Assembly (NCBI GenBank): GCA_051859245.1
Contig: JBHYGA010000005.1
Coordinates: forward strand, 288,001-352,000
Direction: 5' to 3'
Length of the DNA: 64,000 bases
From: Gemmatimonadaceae bacterium
GTDB taxonomy: Bacteria; Gemmatimonadota; Gemmatimonadetes; Gemmatimonadales; Gemmatimonadaceae
Each line of letters starts with the position of its first letter. The stretch's first letter is position 1. Of this stretch, positions 36,834 through 45,884 are shown one piece after another. The notes under the pieces were generated by a model. The model saw only the letters and a list, made by a program, of their open reading frames with translations. It made no database searches and was not told where the DNA came from. The position numbers and the translations under genes were made by a program.

Positions 36834-37694
36834 CTATGGCACTCGTCTGAAATCATAGCGCGTGCCCAGTCGCGGCCACACGTTGCCGCTCCGGCTCGCA
36901 ATCTGTAACCGCCCGTCACGAGACATCACAGCACTTGTGTTGTATTGGCTGAGCCACCGCGTGGGAAAGTACGCCGAGTCCGGCTCCACGCGCGCGACAC
37001 CGTTGTACCATTGCACGGTTCCCGACTCTCCATAAGAGGACGTGAGTCCCGTGACCGGATGTTGCAGCAGATGCCTGAGTACGTAACGCGAGTTGTGCAC
37101 CACGGCCTCAACTCCAATCACCTGAAATCTGAAATCGTCCTCCTCGTCATACGAGAACGGCGGCCGACGCCCATCGATGCTATCGAGCACGTATCGGACC
37201 GGCTCGCTGGGCGCAGTGGCGGCGAACACCGCCTCCAGTAATAGCCACGCACCCACATTCGGCCCAAGGGCAATGTCGAGGCGGCTAATGCTCGGCGGCT
37301 CACCGATTTGCCACATCCCCGAAGAGACCAGTCCGATATCACTGTTGATCGAGTTTCTGATGACTAGCAAGCCGCTTCCTCCTGATCGGCTGAAATCTGG
37401 AGTTGCCGATGTAGGCGCCCCCTGCGCGTCGAACGCAAAGACCTGAAACTGCAACGGCTGTTCAACGGGCCAGATGGTATGCCCGACTGCCTCAGTCACC
37501 AGCTGCGTGCGCGCTGGGGCACGGTGGGGTGGTGGCGCGCTGGGAATGAACTCCGGCGGATACGGCGCTGGTGGCCGCGTGACGTTACCCGGTTGCGCGT
37601 CACCGCAGGCGGCGAGACTCATTGCGGCGAAAATCACAACCGGTGTTAAACCTGACGAGCTCGCGAACGATCGCCGAGTGGTCATGTCGCGCAC
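36834..37694 (-). CDS. Hypothetical lipoprotein (start 37694 or 37685)
   Basis: Lipobox LAA-C, Pro-rich linker, beta-rich domains, AGAGG upstream. Confidence 0.7.
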   Translation of the reverse strand: MRDMTTRRSFASSSGLTPVVIFAAMSLAACGDAQPGNVTRPPAPYPPEFIPSAPPPHRAPARTQLVTEAVGHTIWPVEQPLQFQVFAFDAQGAPTSATPDFSRSGGSGLLVIRNSINSDIGLVSSGMWQIGEPPSISRLDIALGPNVGAWLLLEAVFAATAPSEPVRYVLDSIDGRRPPFSYDEEDDFRFQVIGVEAVVHNSRYVLRHLLQHPVTGLTSSYGESGTVQWYNGVARVEPDSAYFPTRWLSQYNTSAVMSRDGRLQIASRSGNVWPRLGTRYDFRRVP

Positions 37695-37747
37695 CTCTGT
37701 TGGTGGTGTGGCCGCTCACGCGAGAATCTCGCATGACAGTGCACAGC

Positions 37748-37778
37748 AACATGTCAGCGAGACGTCCACAAACTGTCT
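37748..37778 (-). promoter_or_regulatory. Putative SARP box and -10 element (AGACAGTTTGTGGACG-N9-CATGTT)
   Basis: The same 16-mer occurs at 39408-39423 upstream of the other flanking lipoprotein gene. Confidence 0.7.
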
Positions 37779-37807
37779 GGACGGCGGCTCTGTACCGATG
37801 AGGACAG

Positions 37808-39337
37808 CTACAGTCGACCGTTCGTGCGCTGCAACTCCGCAAGCGACGCAATCCACTGAGCAAGCGCCGGCCGTTCGGCGCACGCCTGCAGTTGCCAGGA
37901 CTTCACCTTCTTCCACGCGCCCAGCTGGGCGTAGAGCGCGATCAGTCGAACGGTTGGCGGTGCGAAGATGTCGGCCACGGTTTGCGGCCTGCGTTCAAGA
38001 ATTCGCGGCTCAAGCAGCGCAATGGCGCGTTGTATTTCGTCTTCACGCGCTATGGTATATCCGGAGGCGCCGCGTGCTCTCCACGCTTCCGCAAACGCGG
38101 CGGCGCCCTCAAGGGCCGGCGTGCGCAGGCGCTCGGCAACGGCCTCTTCAAGCCGCGCCTGTCGTTCGAGCAGTCGGAGCAATCGCTCACGTGCTGGACC
38201 GTGTTTGGGGTCAAGTACCAACGTTTGTCGCAACGCCGCTTCGCCGCCGGCGTCATCGCCCATGGCAATGCGAGCGGCGGCGAGCGAGCTCAGAATGTGC
38301 GGAATGTCTGGCTCCAGCGCCGCGGCTGTCTCCATCGCCCGCAGCGCGTCCTCATGCCGCTGCATCAACGTGAGCCACACGCCGTAAAATCGGTGTCCCT
38401 CAGCGTACGACGGATCGTTACTCACCGCGATTGCAAAGTGTTCACCGGCACGATCCAGTTCGTCCTTGAGATACATCGCCTCCACCGCCAGATGCACGTG
38501 CGGAATGGCGAGCGTGGGGTCGGCTTCAAGCGCGCGATAACTATACGCGATAGCGTGTGCAAACCACTGATGAAACGGTGTGAGCACTTCGCGACGCGCT
38601 GCCACCGCAAAGAAGTTCGCTAATCCGGCCAACGCTGGTGCATACGACTCGTCGAGCGCAAGCGCGCGTTCGAAGAGCACGCGACTCTGGAGCAGTTCCT
38701 CAGGTGCGCCACCGTGCGCACTGCGAAGAAACAGAAAGTTGCCGCGAATGAACAACGAATACGGATCGACACCACCAGTGCGCGCGTTTGCGGGAATCGT
38801 GCGCACCGTTTGGACGTTCAGTTGCGTGGCAACCACCGCACTGTTCAAGCGATTCTGTCGCAGTGTGTTGAGCCGGTCACGCTCGCGTGACAGCCACCAG
38901 TCGAATGGCGCGGCTTCGTCCACATGGAAACCCTCGAAGGGCTCCCCGAGATCTTGCTCATCGCGTAGCGCTCCCTGCAAGGGCGTGCGTTCGAGCTCAA
39001 GCGCGTCACATTGCAATTGCAAAGGGTCGAGCCCCACGAGACCATCCCCGGCGGCGACGATCAACTTTGGTCCGAGCAGCTGACGAAGACCGTGCAAGGC
39101 GTTGCGCAGAGCACGGCGTCCACGTTGGGCACTATGCTCCGGCCACAGCAGCGCGATAATCGAGTCGCGCGCGTGCAATCCACGCGGCCGCGCGAGCGCG
39201 AGATAGCAGAGCAGCGCCACCTGCCGCGGCTGCGTGACGAGCGATACTTCGGGCGGATCTCCGGCTCGTCGAATGGTGACCGGGCCGAGCACCCGGAGCC
39301 AAAGTGCAGCAGAAGTCACGGCAGCGTCGTCGCGCAT
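37808..39337 (-). CDS. SARP-like wHTH (short BTAD) regulator with TPR repeats, cytoplasmic
   Basis: LRVLGP...PRQVALLCYLAL...RDSIIALLWPE...ALRNALHGLRQLLG, followed by TPRs. Confidence 0.85.
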   Translation of the reverse strand: MRDDAAVTSAALWLRVLGPVTIRRAGDPPEVSLVTQPRQVALLCYLALARPRGLHARDSIIALLWPEHSAQRGRRALRNALHGLRQLLGPKLIVAAGDGLVGLDPLQLQCDALELERTPLQGALRDEQDLGEPFEGFHVDEAAPFDWWLSRERDRLNTLRQNRLNSAVVATQLNVQTVRTIPANARTGGVDPYSLFIRGNFLFLRSAHGGAPEELLQSRVLFERALALDESYAPALAGLANFFAVAARREVLTPFHQWFAHAIAYSYRALEADPTLAIPHVHLAVEAMYLKDELDRAGEHFAIAVSNDPSYAEGHRFYGVWLTLMQRHEDALRAMETAAALEPDIPHILSSLAAARIAMGDDAGGEAALRQTLVLDPKHGPARERLLRLLERQARLEEAVAERLRTPALEGAAAFAEAWRARGASGYTIAREDEIQRAIALLEPRILERRPQTVADIFAPPTVRLIALYAQLGAWKKVKSWQLQACAERPALAQWIASLAELQRTNGRL

Positions 39338-39407
39338 GACCGATAGCTTCGCACTTCCAGGGGAGCGCCGCAATGCAGAGGGCTGGCCGCGCTTGAGCAT
39401 CGCCAGT

Positions 39408-39438
39408 AGACAGTTTGTGGACGGCACGCTCCCAGATT
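39408..39438 (+). promoter_or_regulatory. Putative SARP box and -10 element (AGACAGTTTGTGGACG-N9-CAGATT)
   Basis: Copy of the 37763-37778 box. Heptamers GTAGACA and GTGGACG are 11 bp apart. Confidence 0.7.
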
Positions 39439-39472
39439 CCTGCCAGATGTCACCTCGACTCTGGAGGATCGT

Positions 39473-40771
39473 GTGCGTACCGCCCACCCAATCGCGCTGG
39501 CCGCAGTGATGTTGTGTGTACTCGTCTCGGGCTGTAGGGACGGCGTGGGAGGGCCGGAAGACCCGGGGGAGGCGCTCACACTCGAAGCCCGAAGCGTCGA
39601 CACCATTGCCGTGGCGGGAGAGCGGTTATTCACGCCGCTGGAAGTTCGTGTGCGCCGGAACGGCAAGTACGCGGAGGGCGTGCGCGTGTTCTGGCGAACA
39701 CAATCGGGGCGCGTGCAGCCTGCTGTGTCCGTGACCGATGAACGCGGAATGGCCAGAAGTGAATGGACACTTGGCAACAGCCCGGGACCAGTCTCCGCCA
39801 GCGCTGCGACTGATGAGCAGTCTCCAACAACGGCAGTCGTCTTTCGTACCGTCGCGTACGAGCCTGTCACTGCGACAATCGATAGCGCAACCAACGGACA
39901 GCGTGCCACGGTGGGCTCTGTTCTGCCTCGTCGCTTGCGCGTGCATGTGCGAAACGCGGCGGGACCGCGTGCAGGGGTCACGGTATACTGGAGTGCTGCA
40001 GCAGGCGCGATTGGTGAGCGTTCAGTAACTGACGTACACGGCAACGCTGAAACAGACTGGCGCCTGCCAAACGCAGCTGCATTGGTGCACACCGCGTACG
40101 CATTGATACCCGGTTTCTCACAGCGGGTAATCAGCTTTTCGGCCGAGGCACTGGCGGGGCCGATTGTTCGGCTGACAACGGTGAACGGCGCCACGCGAAC
40201 CGTCATGACCAAAGCATTCTCCGCTGCGCCGCTTGTCGTTGGTGCTGTTGATGCGTTCGGCAATCGTGTCACGAGTGCACCGGTTGTCTGGTCAGTGGTA
40301 GAAGGTCCTGTCACGCTGAAGAGCAGCACCACAAGCGTGACGGACCACCTTGGATTTGCTGAGGCGGTGATTGCTTCGCAGGGCGTTGCAGGAACAGCGG
40401 TGGTGCGGGCCACGGCAGGTTCCGGAACGGTGGATTTCATTGTGCAGATTGTGCCCGGCGTCTTGCGCGTTGTGCTCGACACAGAAACCGGACGAGGGTG
40501 GCGGAGCGCGCAGAACGGAAGTCAACCTGCGCAGGACACTATTCCAGTTGGCGAAACCATTGTGTTCGGTCTGTCGATGTTTGACTACGACAATCACAAT
40601 GTGGTCAGCGTGGGCGAGCCAATGTTCGACGGGGGCGGCGAGTTCCCGTACGCGAACCCCTCCGAGGTGCGCATCACGTTTACCAAGCCCGGCTTGTACC
40701 GCTATCAGGACACGCACACGGGGGCGTTCGGAACTATCCTCGTCCTGGAAAGAAGTTCGTCGCGAGATTGA
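39473..40771 (+). CDS. Lipoprotein with ~3 Ig-like (invasin/Big-1-like) repeats and a cupredoxin-like C-terminus
   Basis: Lipobox VSG-C, repeated SVTD..G.A motifs, HNVVS...FTKPGLYRY. Confidence 0.8.
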   Translation: MRTAHPIALAAVMLCVLVSGCRDGVGGPEDPGEALTLEARSVDTIAVAGERLFTPLEVRVRRNGKYAEGVRVFWRTQSGRVQPAVSVTDERGMARSEWTLGNSPGPVSASAATDEQSPTTAVVFRTVAYEPVTATIDSATNGQRATVGSVLPRRLRVHVRNAAGPRAGVTVYWSAAAGAIGERSVTDVHGNAETDWRLPNAAALVHTAYALIPGFSQRVISFSAEALAGPIVRLTTVNGATRTVMTKAFSAAPLVVGAVDAFGNRVTSAPVVWSVVEGPVTLKSSTTSVTDHLGFAEAVIASQGVAGTAVVRATAGSGTVDFIVQIVPGVLRVVLDTETGRGWRSAQNGSQPAQDTIPVGETIVFGLSMFDYDNHNVVSVGEPMFDGGGEFPYANPSEVRITFTKPGLYRYQDTHTGAFGTILVLERSSSRD

Positions 40772-40784
40772 CCCCGTCGTGACG

Positions 40785-40902
40785 TGCACGGTTCGTGCGC
40801 TGACAATTAGTGCATGGCGCAAAACGTGTGCTGTTTTGCCGAAAATGTGTGATGACGATTACATGAATGTGCACATTCGCGGCCGTGTTTTCATGCACGG
40901 TT
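40785..40902. promoter_or_regulatory. Palindrome-rich region upstream of the 41042 operon
   Basis: GCACG-GTT-CGTGC at 40786-40798, GCAAAAC-N7-GTTTTGC at 40819-40839, perfect GAATGTGCACATTC at 40865-40878, TGCACGGTT repeated at 40785 and 40894. Confidence 0.5.
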
Positions 40903-41041
40903 GAGCTTGCTTGCGTCGATTGCAAAGACGCGCAATCGTCTTCCGCTCACATCGCTGGCGATAGTGCTGAGTTCTCTCGCAGAACACGGCAACGTTGCAT
41001 CGCGATCTTGATGACAACACATCGTCATGAGGGGAATGCAC

Positions 41042-44000
41042 ATGCCATCGCGTCGACCGAATCCACCAAACGATGACTCGTCCGTTGCTGGTGAGTCGTC
41101 AACAAGCGCCGCTGCAACTGCCGCCGCAGTTGCGCGACCAAAGCCTCAGCCCGAGATGTTCGACGCGCCGATCTCTCGACGGTTTCTGCCGGGCTTTGAT
41201 GTCATCGATGCCGACGCGCGCGAACTGGCGGCGCTCTCCAAGGACGAACTCGCGCAACTGGTCGAGAGCAAGGCGTCTGACGTTACACACTTTCGTGTTG
41301 GACTGAGCGCACTACGCAAGCATGTACGTGTTGCACACGAACTGATCCCCGAAATTCGATTGTTGCCGACGCAGCTGCGTGGTCTGTTGGTCAACGCCGA
41401 CGGTTCAGCCGCTGCACGTGTGAGTGTGCAGCCCATGATACCAGGCGGCACGCAACCGCTCGGACGCGCCGCGTTGACCGACGAGCTCGGTGTATTCACC
41501 GTGCCACTTCCCGAAACGGGCGATGTGCAGCGTCGACAGTTGTTGGCGGATGGTCTCAGCTTGCGCGTGACCGGCGGCGAAGCACGTGTCGCTACGGTGA
41601 ACGTCACGATTCCGCGTCGCGGACGGCAGGCACTCGGTGAGCTGCGCTTGAGCACAACACTGGCGCCGCTTCCGCGCAGCATTATCAGTGCCTTGGTGGA
41701 TCTGGTCGAAGACTTGCCCGCTGTCACGGCGCAGCCTGGGCTCACCAACGGGTCGCAAGAACCGGTGCGCATCCAGATTGGTCAGGATGCATGCAACATT
41801 CAGTTCGAAGAAGATGCGCACGTGCGACGCTTTCCGTACCGCACGCTGATTCGATTGGTGGAACCGCGTACCACCACCGTGAATAGAGTGATCGTGTTTC
41901 CGCCGCGTCCGGGCCTGGCAGGCACGCCAGCGGCGACCACCTCACTGATGATGCCGGTGTTCAATACGAATCTCCCGTCGCTGTTAAACCGTACCACCAC
42001 GCGTTTTGTGGAGCGCGTCCCGATCGACAAACCGGTGAGTGTCGACGGCTTCCGGGATCAGTTGATCGGTGTGACCAATAACACGATCGGTGCGCAGCGT
42101 TCGGTGCCAATGGCCGGCACGTTGGGGCTCGGATACGTGCTGAATCTGGCGCAGGTGTGGAAGTACGATGGGCTCACACTCGGCAACTTGTTGTACTCGC
42201 TCCCGCTCGCCCCTGGTGAACAGCAGCGTATCGTGGTGTCCGAGCGTCGGGCGACTGCCTCGGTGCGCGATCAGGAGCAGCTGAGCATGTTCGAGCAACA
42301 GTTCGCGTCCATGCAGGAGGATGCGTCCACCTCTGCCGTGTTCAACTCTGCGTTTAACGAGCGAGTGCGTGCCAGCACGTCGCAAAGCGGCGAGGCCAGC
42401 TCACCTGGTGGCGGAATCGGCGGACTTCTCGGCGCTGTGGCTGGTGGTATTGTGGGCTTTGTAGCCGGAGGCCCTGCAGGTGCGCTTGCCCTGGGGACGG
42501 CGGGTGGTGCGATTGGCGCGTCGGTGGGAGCCAGCATTGGTGGTATCGGCAGCGAGGGCACATCGCGCAGTTCACTCAGTGGCGCGCGTAGTTTCACATC
42601 GCGAGCCGCCGAAGACATGCATCGTTCGGTGGAGAGCCAGGCGTCCGCGCGTCGCTCCGCGAGCCGTACTGCGATTCGTCTGGCAACGACCAGCGAGTCG
42701 GAGTCGGTGACAACGAAAGTGATCACCAATCACAACAAAATGCACGCGCTCACCATTCAGTACTGGGAGGTGCTGCGCAAGTTTGTATCGACCACGGAAG
42801 TCGAAGGCTGCACGCTTGTCTGTTTTGTCCCGCTGGATCTGGTGCGCTTTTTACCCGTTGGACAGCCGCTGGCGCTCACATCGGAAGCGACGGTGGATAC
42901 ACGCGCCAAGGTGATGATTCGATTCTCGATGCTGCAGCGACACGCGGATGCCATCCGTCCGTGGTTGCCACTGCGTCACCGCGAAGGGCTGCGTTTGCTG
43001 GAAGATTTTGCCGCCAACTCGCGCGCAAGCATCAACCTCGCCGGTCCATCGAGCAACACGCTCAACTTCAGACTCTCCGGTCGCTGGTTGCCGTTCGAAC
43101 GTGTGACCGTGCAAGCGATTCTGCGCGACGGGCGAAGGCTGCGCCCGGTGCAACTTGTCTCATCGCTGGCGGCGCTTGACCAGAAGCAGTTCGGAACAAA
43201 AACGGAACTGATTGCAGAACTGGTGAGGCGGCGTGAAGAAGACGCGATCACCATGAACGGCAAACTGCTGCTCCCGCAAACGACCGATCCGAGCGATGTA
43301 GTGGCGTTCGAGCTGACGCGCGCCTTCGACACGCTCAACTATGAGTTCGATCTGGAGAAGATCCCGGAGTATGTGACGATTCAAGCGTTTAATGCGACCG
43401 GGATTGCCAAGTTCGATGTCTCCAAGTTCGAGACGTCAGTCCGCATGCGTCCGGCGGAACTCGAGGAAGTGCTTCGCGGCCCTGATGTATGGGACTTCCG
43501 CGCTACGCTGAACGGTGTGTCTGACAACATCGCTGCCGATGACATTGGCAATCCGTATCCTTTCCCGCCGAGTGGGATAGCCATTCCGGCAGTGGAGAGC
43601 GATCCCGTGCTCGGATTCCGCGATGTCATGAAAATCGAGCGCACACTGCAACATGTGGTGCGCAACACACTGGCCTATTCCAAGGCGGTGTGGATGAGTC
43701 TCACGGCCGAAGAGCGCATCGTGATGCTGGAAGGCTTCACGATTGGACTTCCGGACGCCGGTTTGGACGCCGATGGCCTGACTGATCCAAGTCAGCACGT
43801 GCCTTTACTGAACTGTGTGGCCAATCAAGTGCTTGGCTACTACGGCAACTGCATGATTCTCCCGTTCAGCATTCCAGCGACATTGGCGGTGATGTTGAAC
43901 CGGGATAGTGCGGACACCACCGGCGCGACGGACGATGAGTCTGCGCCCCTCACCACCGCTGCGGTGCAGGATGCGTTGGCTGAGTTTCATCGTGAAGGAT

Positions 44001-44722
44001 TCGCACCGCCGGAGTCGCGCTTCACGCTTCCCACGCGAGGGGTGCTTGGCGAAGCGGTACTCGGGCACTGCGCTGCGGCGGAAAAGATCGATCTCACGCG
44101 GTTCTGGAACTGGCAGGACTCACCGGCGCCGGAAGCAACGGCGATCGAGAATGTGGGACTGCGCGGTGGTGGCGTGTCTGGTCTGAGCGCGCCAACATCG
44201 CTGACTACAGTTCCGCAGATCGTGAACTCAATTGGCGAGGGCACGGCAATTGGTGCATTGGCACAGGCGCTGGCGGCCAAGGGGGGAGATGCGACGCCAT
44301 TCTCCGCCGACTTCGTGACCAAGAATATCGAAGCGGCCACGGGCGCTCGCAGCGGCGCGCTCGCCGCACTTATGCAGTTGTCAAAAGACGCGATGAACAC
44401 GGGCGTCGAACTCGCCAAGGTGCAGAGCGGTGCCGACAAAGCAAAAGCGGAGGCGGAGAAAGGCACGAAGCTCGACGCTGCCGTGAAAGACTTGAAAGAC
44501 AACGCGGCCTCATATCTCGGCGGAGCCGCGCAAGCGGCCACCACAGGCGGCGACACAGCCGCCGGCGTTTTCGCCGCTGCCAAGATTCTCACGCTGACTG
44601 GCGGTGCCGAAATTCCAAAGGAGAAAGCCGAAACACTGCGCGCCGCATTCGACAAGATTGAAGGCGGCAACCGTACGCTGGCCAGCACGGCGTGGCTGAC
44701 CGCGCTCAAACTCATTCCGTAA
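41042..44722 (+). CDS. Large hypothetical protein (~1230 aa), possible beta-pore-forming/oligomeric protein
   Basis: Long ORF with GAGGGG SD and no signal peptide. A Gly-rich hydrophobic segment is flanked by Ser/Thr-rich tracts. Product call is inference only. Confidence 0.8.
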   Translation: MPSRRPNPPNDDSSVAGESSTSAAATAAAVARPKPQPEMFDAPISRRFLPGFDVIDADARELAALSKDELAQLVESKASDVTHFRVGLSALRKHVRVAHELIPEIRLLPTQLRGLLVNADGSAAARVSVQPMIPGGTQPLGRAALTDELGVFTVPLPETGDVQRRQLLADGLSLRVTGGEARVATVNVTIPRRGRQALGELRLSTTLAPLPRSIISALVDLVEDLPAVTAQPGLTNGSQEPVRIQIGQDACNIQFEEDAHVRRFPYRTLIRLVEPRTTTVNRVIVFPPRPGLAGTPAATTSLMMPVFNTNLPSLLNRTTTRFVERVPIDKPVSVDGFRDQLIGVTNNTIGAQRSVPMAGTLGLGYVLNLAQVWKYDGLTLGNLLYSLPLAPGEQQRIVVSERRATASVRDQEQLSMFEQQFASMQEDASTSAVFNSAFNERVRASTSQSGEASSPGGGIGGLLGAVAGGIVGFVAGGPAGALALGTAGGAIGASVGASIGGIGSEGTSRSSLSGARSFTSRAAEDMHRSVESQASARRSASRTAIRLATTSESESVTTKVITNHNKMHALTIQYWEVLRKFVSTTEVEGCTLVCFVPLDLVRFLPVGQPLALTSEATVDTRAKVMIRFSMLQRHADAIRPWLPLRHREGLRLLEDFAANSRASINLAGPSSNTLNFRLSGRWLPFERVTVQAILRDGRRLRPVQLVSSLAALDQKQFGTKTELIAELVRRREEDAITMNGKLLLPQTTDPSDVVAFELTRAFDTLNYEFDLEKIPEYVTIQAFNATGIAKFDVSKFETSVRMRPAELEEVLRGPDVWDFRATLNGVSDNIAADDIGNPYPFPPSGIAIPAVESDPVLGFRDVMKIERTLQHVVRNTLAYSKAVWMSLTAEERIVMLEGFTIGLPDAGLDADGLTDPSQHVPLLNCVANQVLGYYGNCMILPFSIPATLAVMLNRDSADTTGATDDESAPLTTAAVQDALAEFHREGFAPPESRFTLPTRGVLGEAVLGHCAAAEKIDLTRFWNWQDSPAPEATAIENVGLRGGGVSGLSAPTSLTTVPQIVNSIGEGTAIGALAQALAAKGGDATPFSADFVTKNIEAATGARSGALAALMQLSKDAMNTGVELAKVQSGADKAKAEAEKGTKLDAAVKDLKDNAASYLGGAAQAATTGGDTAAGVFAAAKILTLTGGAEIPKEKAETLRAAFDKIEGGNRTLASTAWLTALKLIP

Positions 44723-44740
44723 CGAGGCGTCGAGACCATC

Positions 44741-45718
44741 ATGGAACCGAACAATCCGCAGTTTGTCGACGCACTCGTTGAGCTCATTCGCTCCGGTGTG
44801 CGACCCGATGTCCTCGAGGCACAGCGCGTGTTGCTGCAGCGGTTGTCAACGCAAGGTGATGTGTTTCCATCGAGACTTCCAGCGCCGCTGAACATCACCG
44901 AAGTGGGCGGCTATCTGAATCTGCTTGAACGTGCGGGGTACTCCGATCTTCGTACATCGGCGATCACCAGTGCCATTGGCATTGCGGGACCCGCGATTGG
45001 TGGCGAGGCGCTCGCCGGTGTCGTGCCGGTGGGATTTGTGCAGGTCGCGAACGATCGGCCCGCCGGACCGGCACAGCCATCCATACCGCCGTTGCTATCC
45101 GTGCGCGCAGATTTTCATGCGCCACTCATGGCGGCGCTCGATTCGCTTCGGGCGCTCGGCTGCGCGTTACCACTTCGCGCACCGAGGGCAGTGTTGCCCG
45201 CGAGCATGCCGGGCGCGACAGCGGCCGCGCTAGACGATACGCAGGTCATGGCGGCGTTGGGCCGAACGATGGACGTATTCCCTGGCACGGTGCTGGTGGA
45301 TCCGTCGGTCGATGCCGTCGCGATTGCGCGTCCGTCGTCGCCACCGTCGGAACCGTTCAGACTGGTGCTGCGTGAACTTGATGGCGGTGCGCTGGTTCCC
45401 GAAGCAAGCTGGGAATCAATGCGCGCATCAAGCACCACTGCGGTGACTGACGCAGCGGTGTTGTCGCGCTTTGTAGAGGTTGCGCCGGTACTGGCCGCAG
45501 CCGGCTGGGAACAGCCGCAGCCCGTGGTGCTGCCTACATCACGTACTGCGCGTGGCACCTTGGTCCAGTTCGGGAACACGACTGGTCTGGTATCAGGGGA
45601 AACAACCTTGGGCGACGAGTTGTCATTGTTGTATACGCCGGTCGCCGTCGCGCGCTCTGCGCTGGCGAACTTCGCGGCCGCGGTGTGGGACGGCACGCGA
45701 TTTGTGCCCCCGTCTTAG
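44741..45718 (+). CDS. Hypothetical protein, operon partner of the 1230-aa protein
   Basis: 18-nt gap after the large gene with GAGG SD. No recognisable domain. Confidence 0.75.
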   Translation: MEPNNPQFVDALVELIRSGVRPDVLEAQRVLLQRLSTQGDVFPSRLPAPLNITEVGGYLNLLERAGYSDLRTSAITSAIGIAGPAIGGEALAGVVPVGFVQVANDRPAGPAQPSIPPLLSVRADFHAPLMAALDSLRALGCALPLRAPRAVLPASMPGATAAALDDTQVMAALGRTMDVFPGTVLVDPSVDAVAIARPSSPPSEPFRLVLRELDGGALVPEASWESMRASSTTAVTDAAVLSRFVEVAPVLAAAGWEQPQPVVLPTSRTARGTLVQFGNTTGLVSGETTLGDELSLLYTPVAVARSALANFAAAVWDGTRFVPPS

Positions 45719-45735
45719 TTCGTTCGGCGCGTATG

Positions 45736-45790
45736 ACACTCGTGCGAGGCGGAGCGCCTGGCGGCTCCTGCCTCGCACGTTGTGTGTCGT
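45736..45790 (+). terminator. Strong hairpin after the two-gene operon
   Basis: CGTGCGAGGCGGAGC-N8-GCTCCTGCCTCGCACG followed by TTGTGTGT. Confidence 0.55.
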
Positions 45791-45884
45791 GCGTTGCGTG
45801 TCTTCTGCGCATCCATCCTACCGAACCTTGTGTTCGGTCACTGGATTCGCGGGACCACGCACAACCTACGGGGAGGACGCAGCC

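Noticed and set aside
37763..39423. 16-bp inverted repeats bracketing one gene, resembling transposon terminal repeats
   Set aside because: No transposase and no target-site duplication. Both copies sit in promoter position with a matching -10-like hexamer, so operator sites explain them better.
44027..44045. PTRG in the 1230-aa protein as a caspase site
   Set aside because: It sits within a structured-looking block of a protein with no export signal, ~36 kb from the caspase locus. RG is common by chance.
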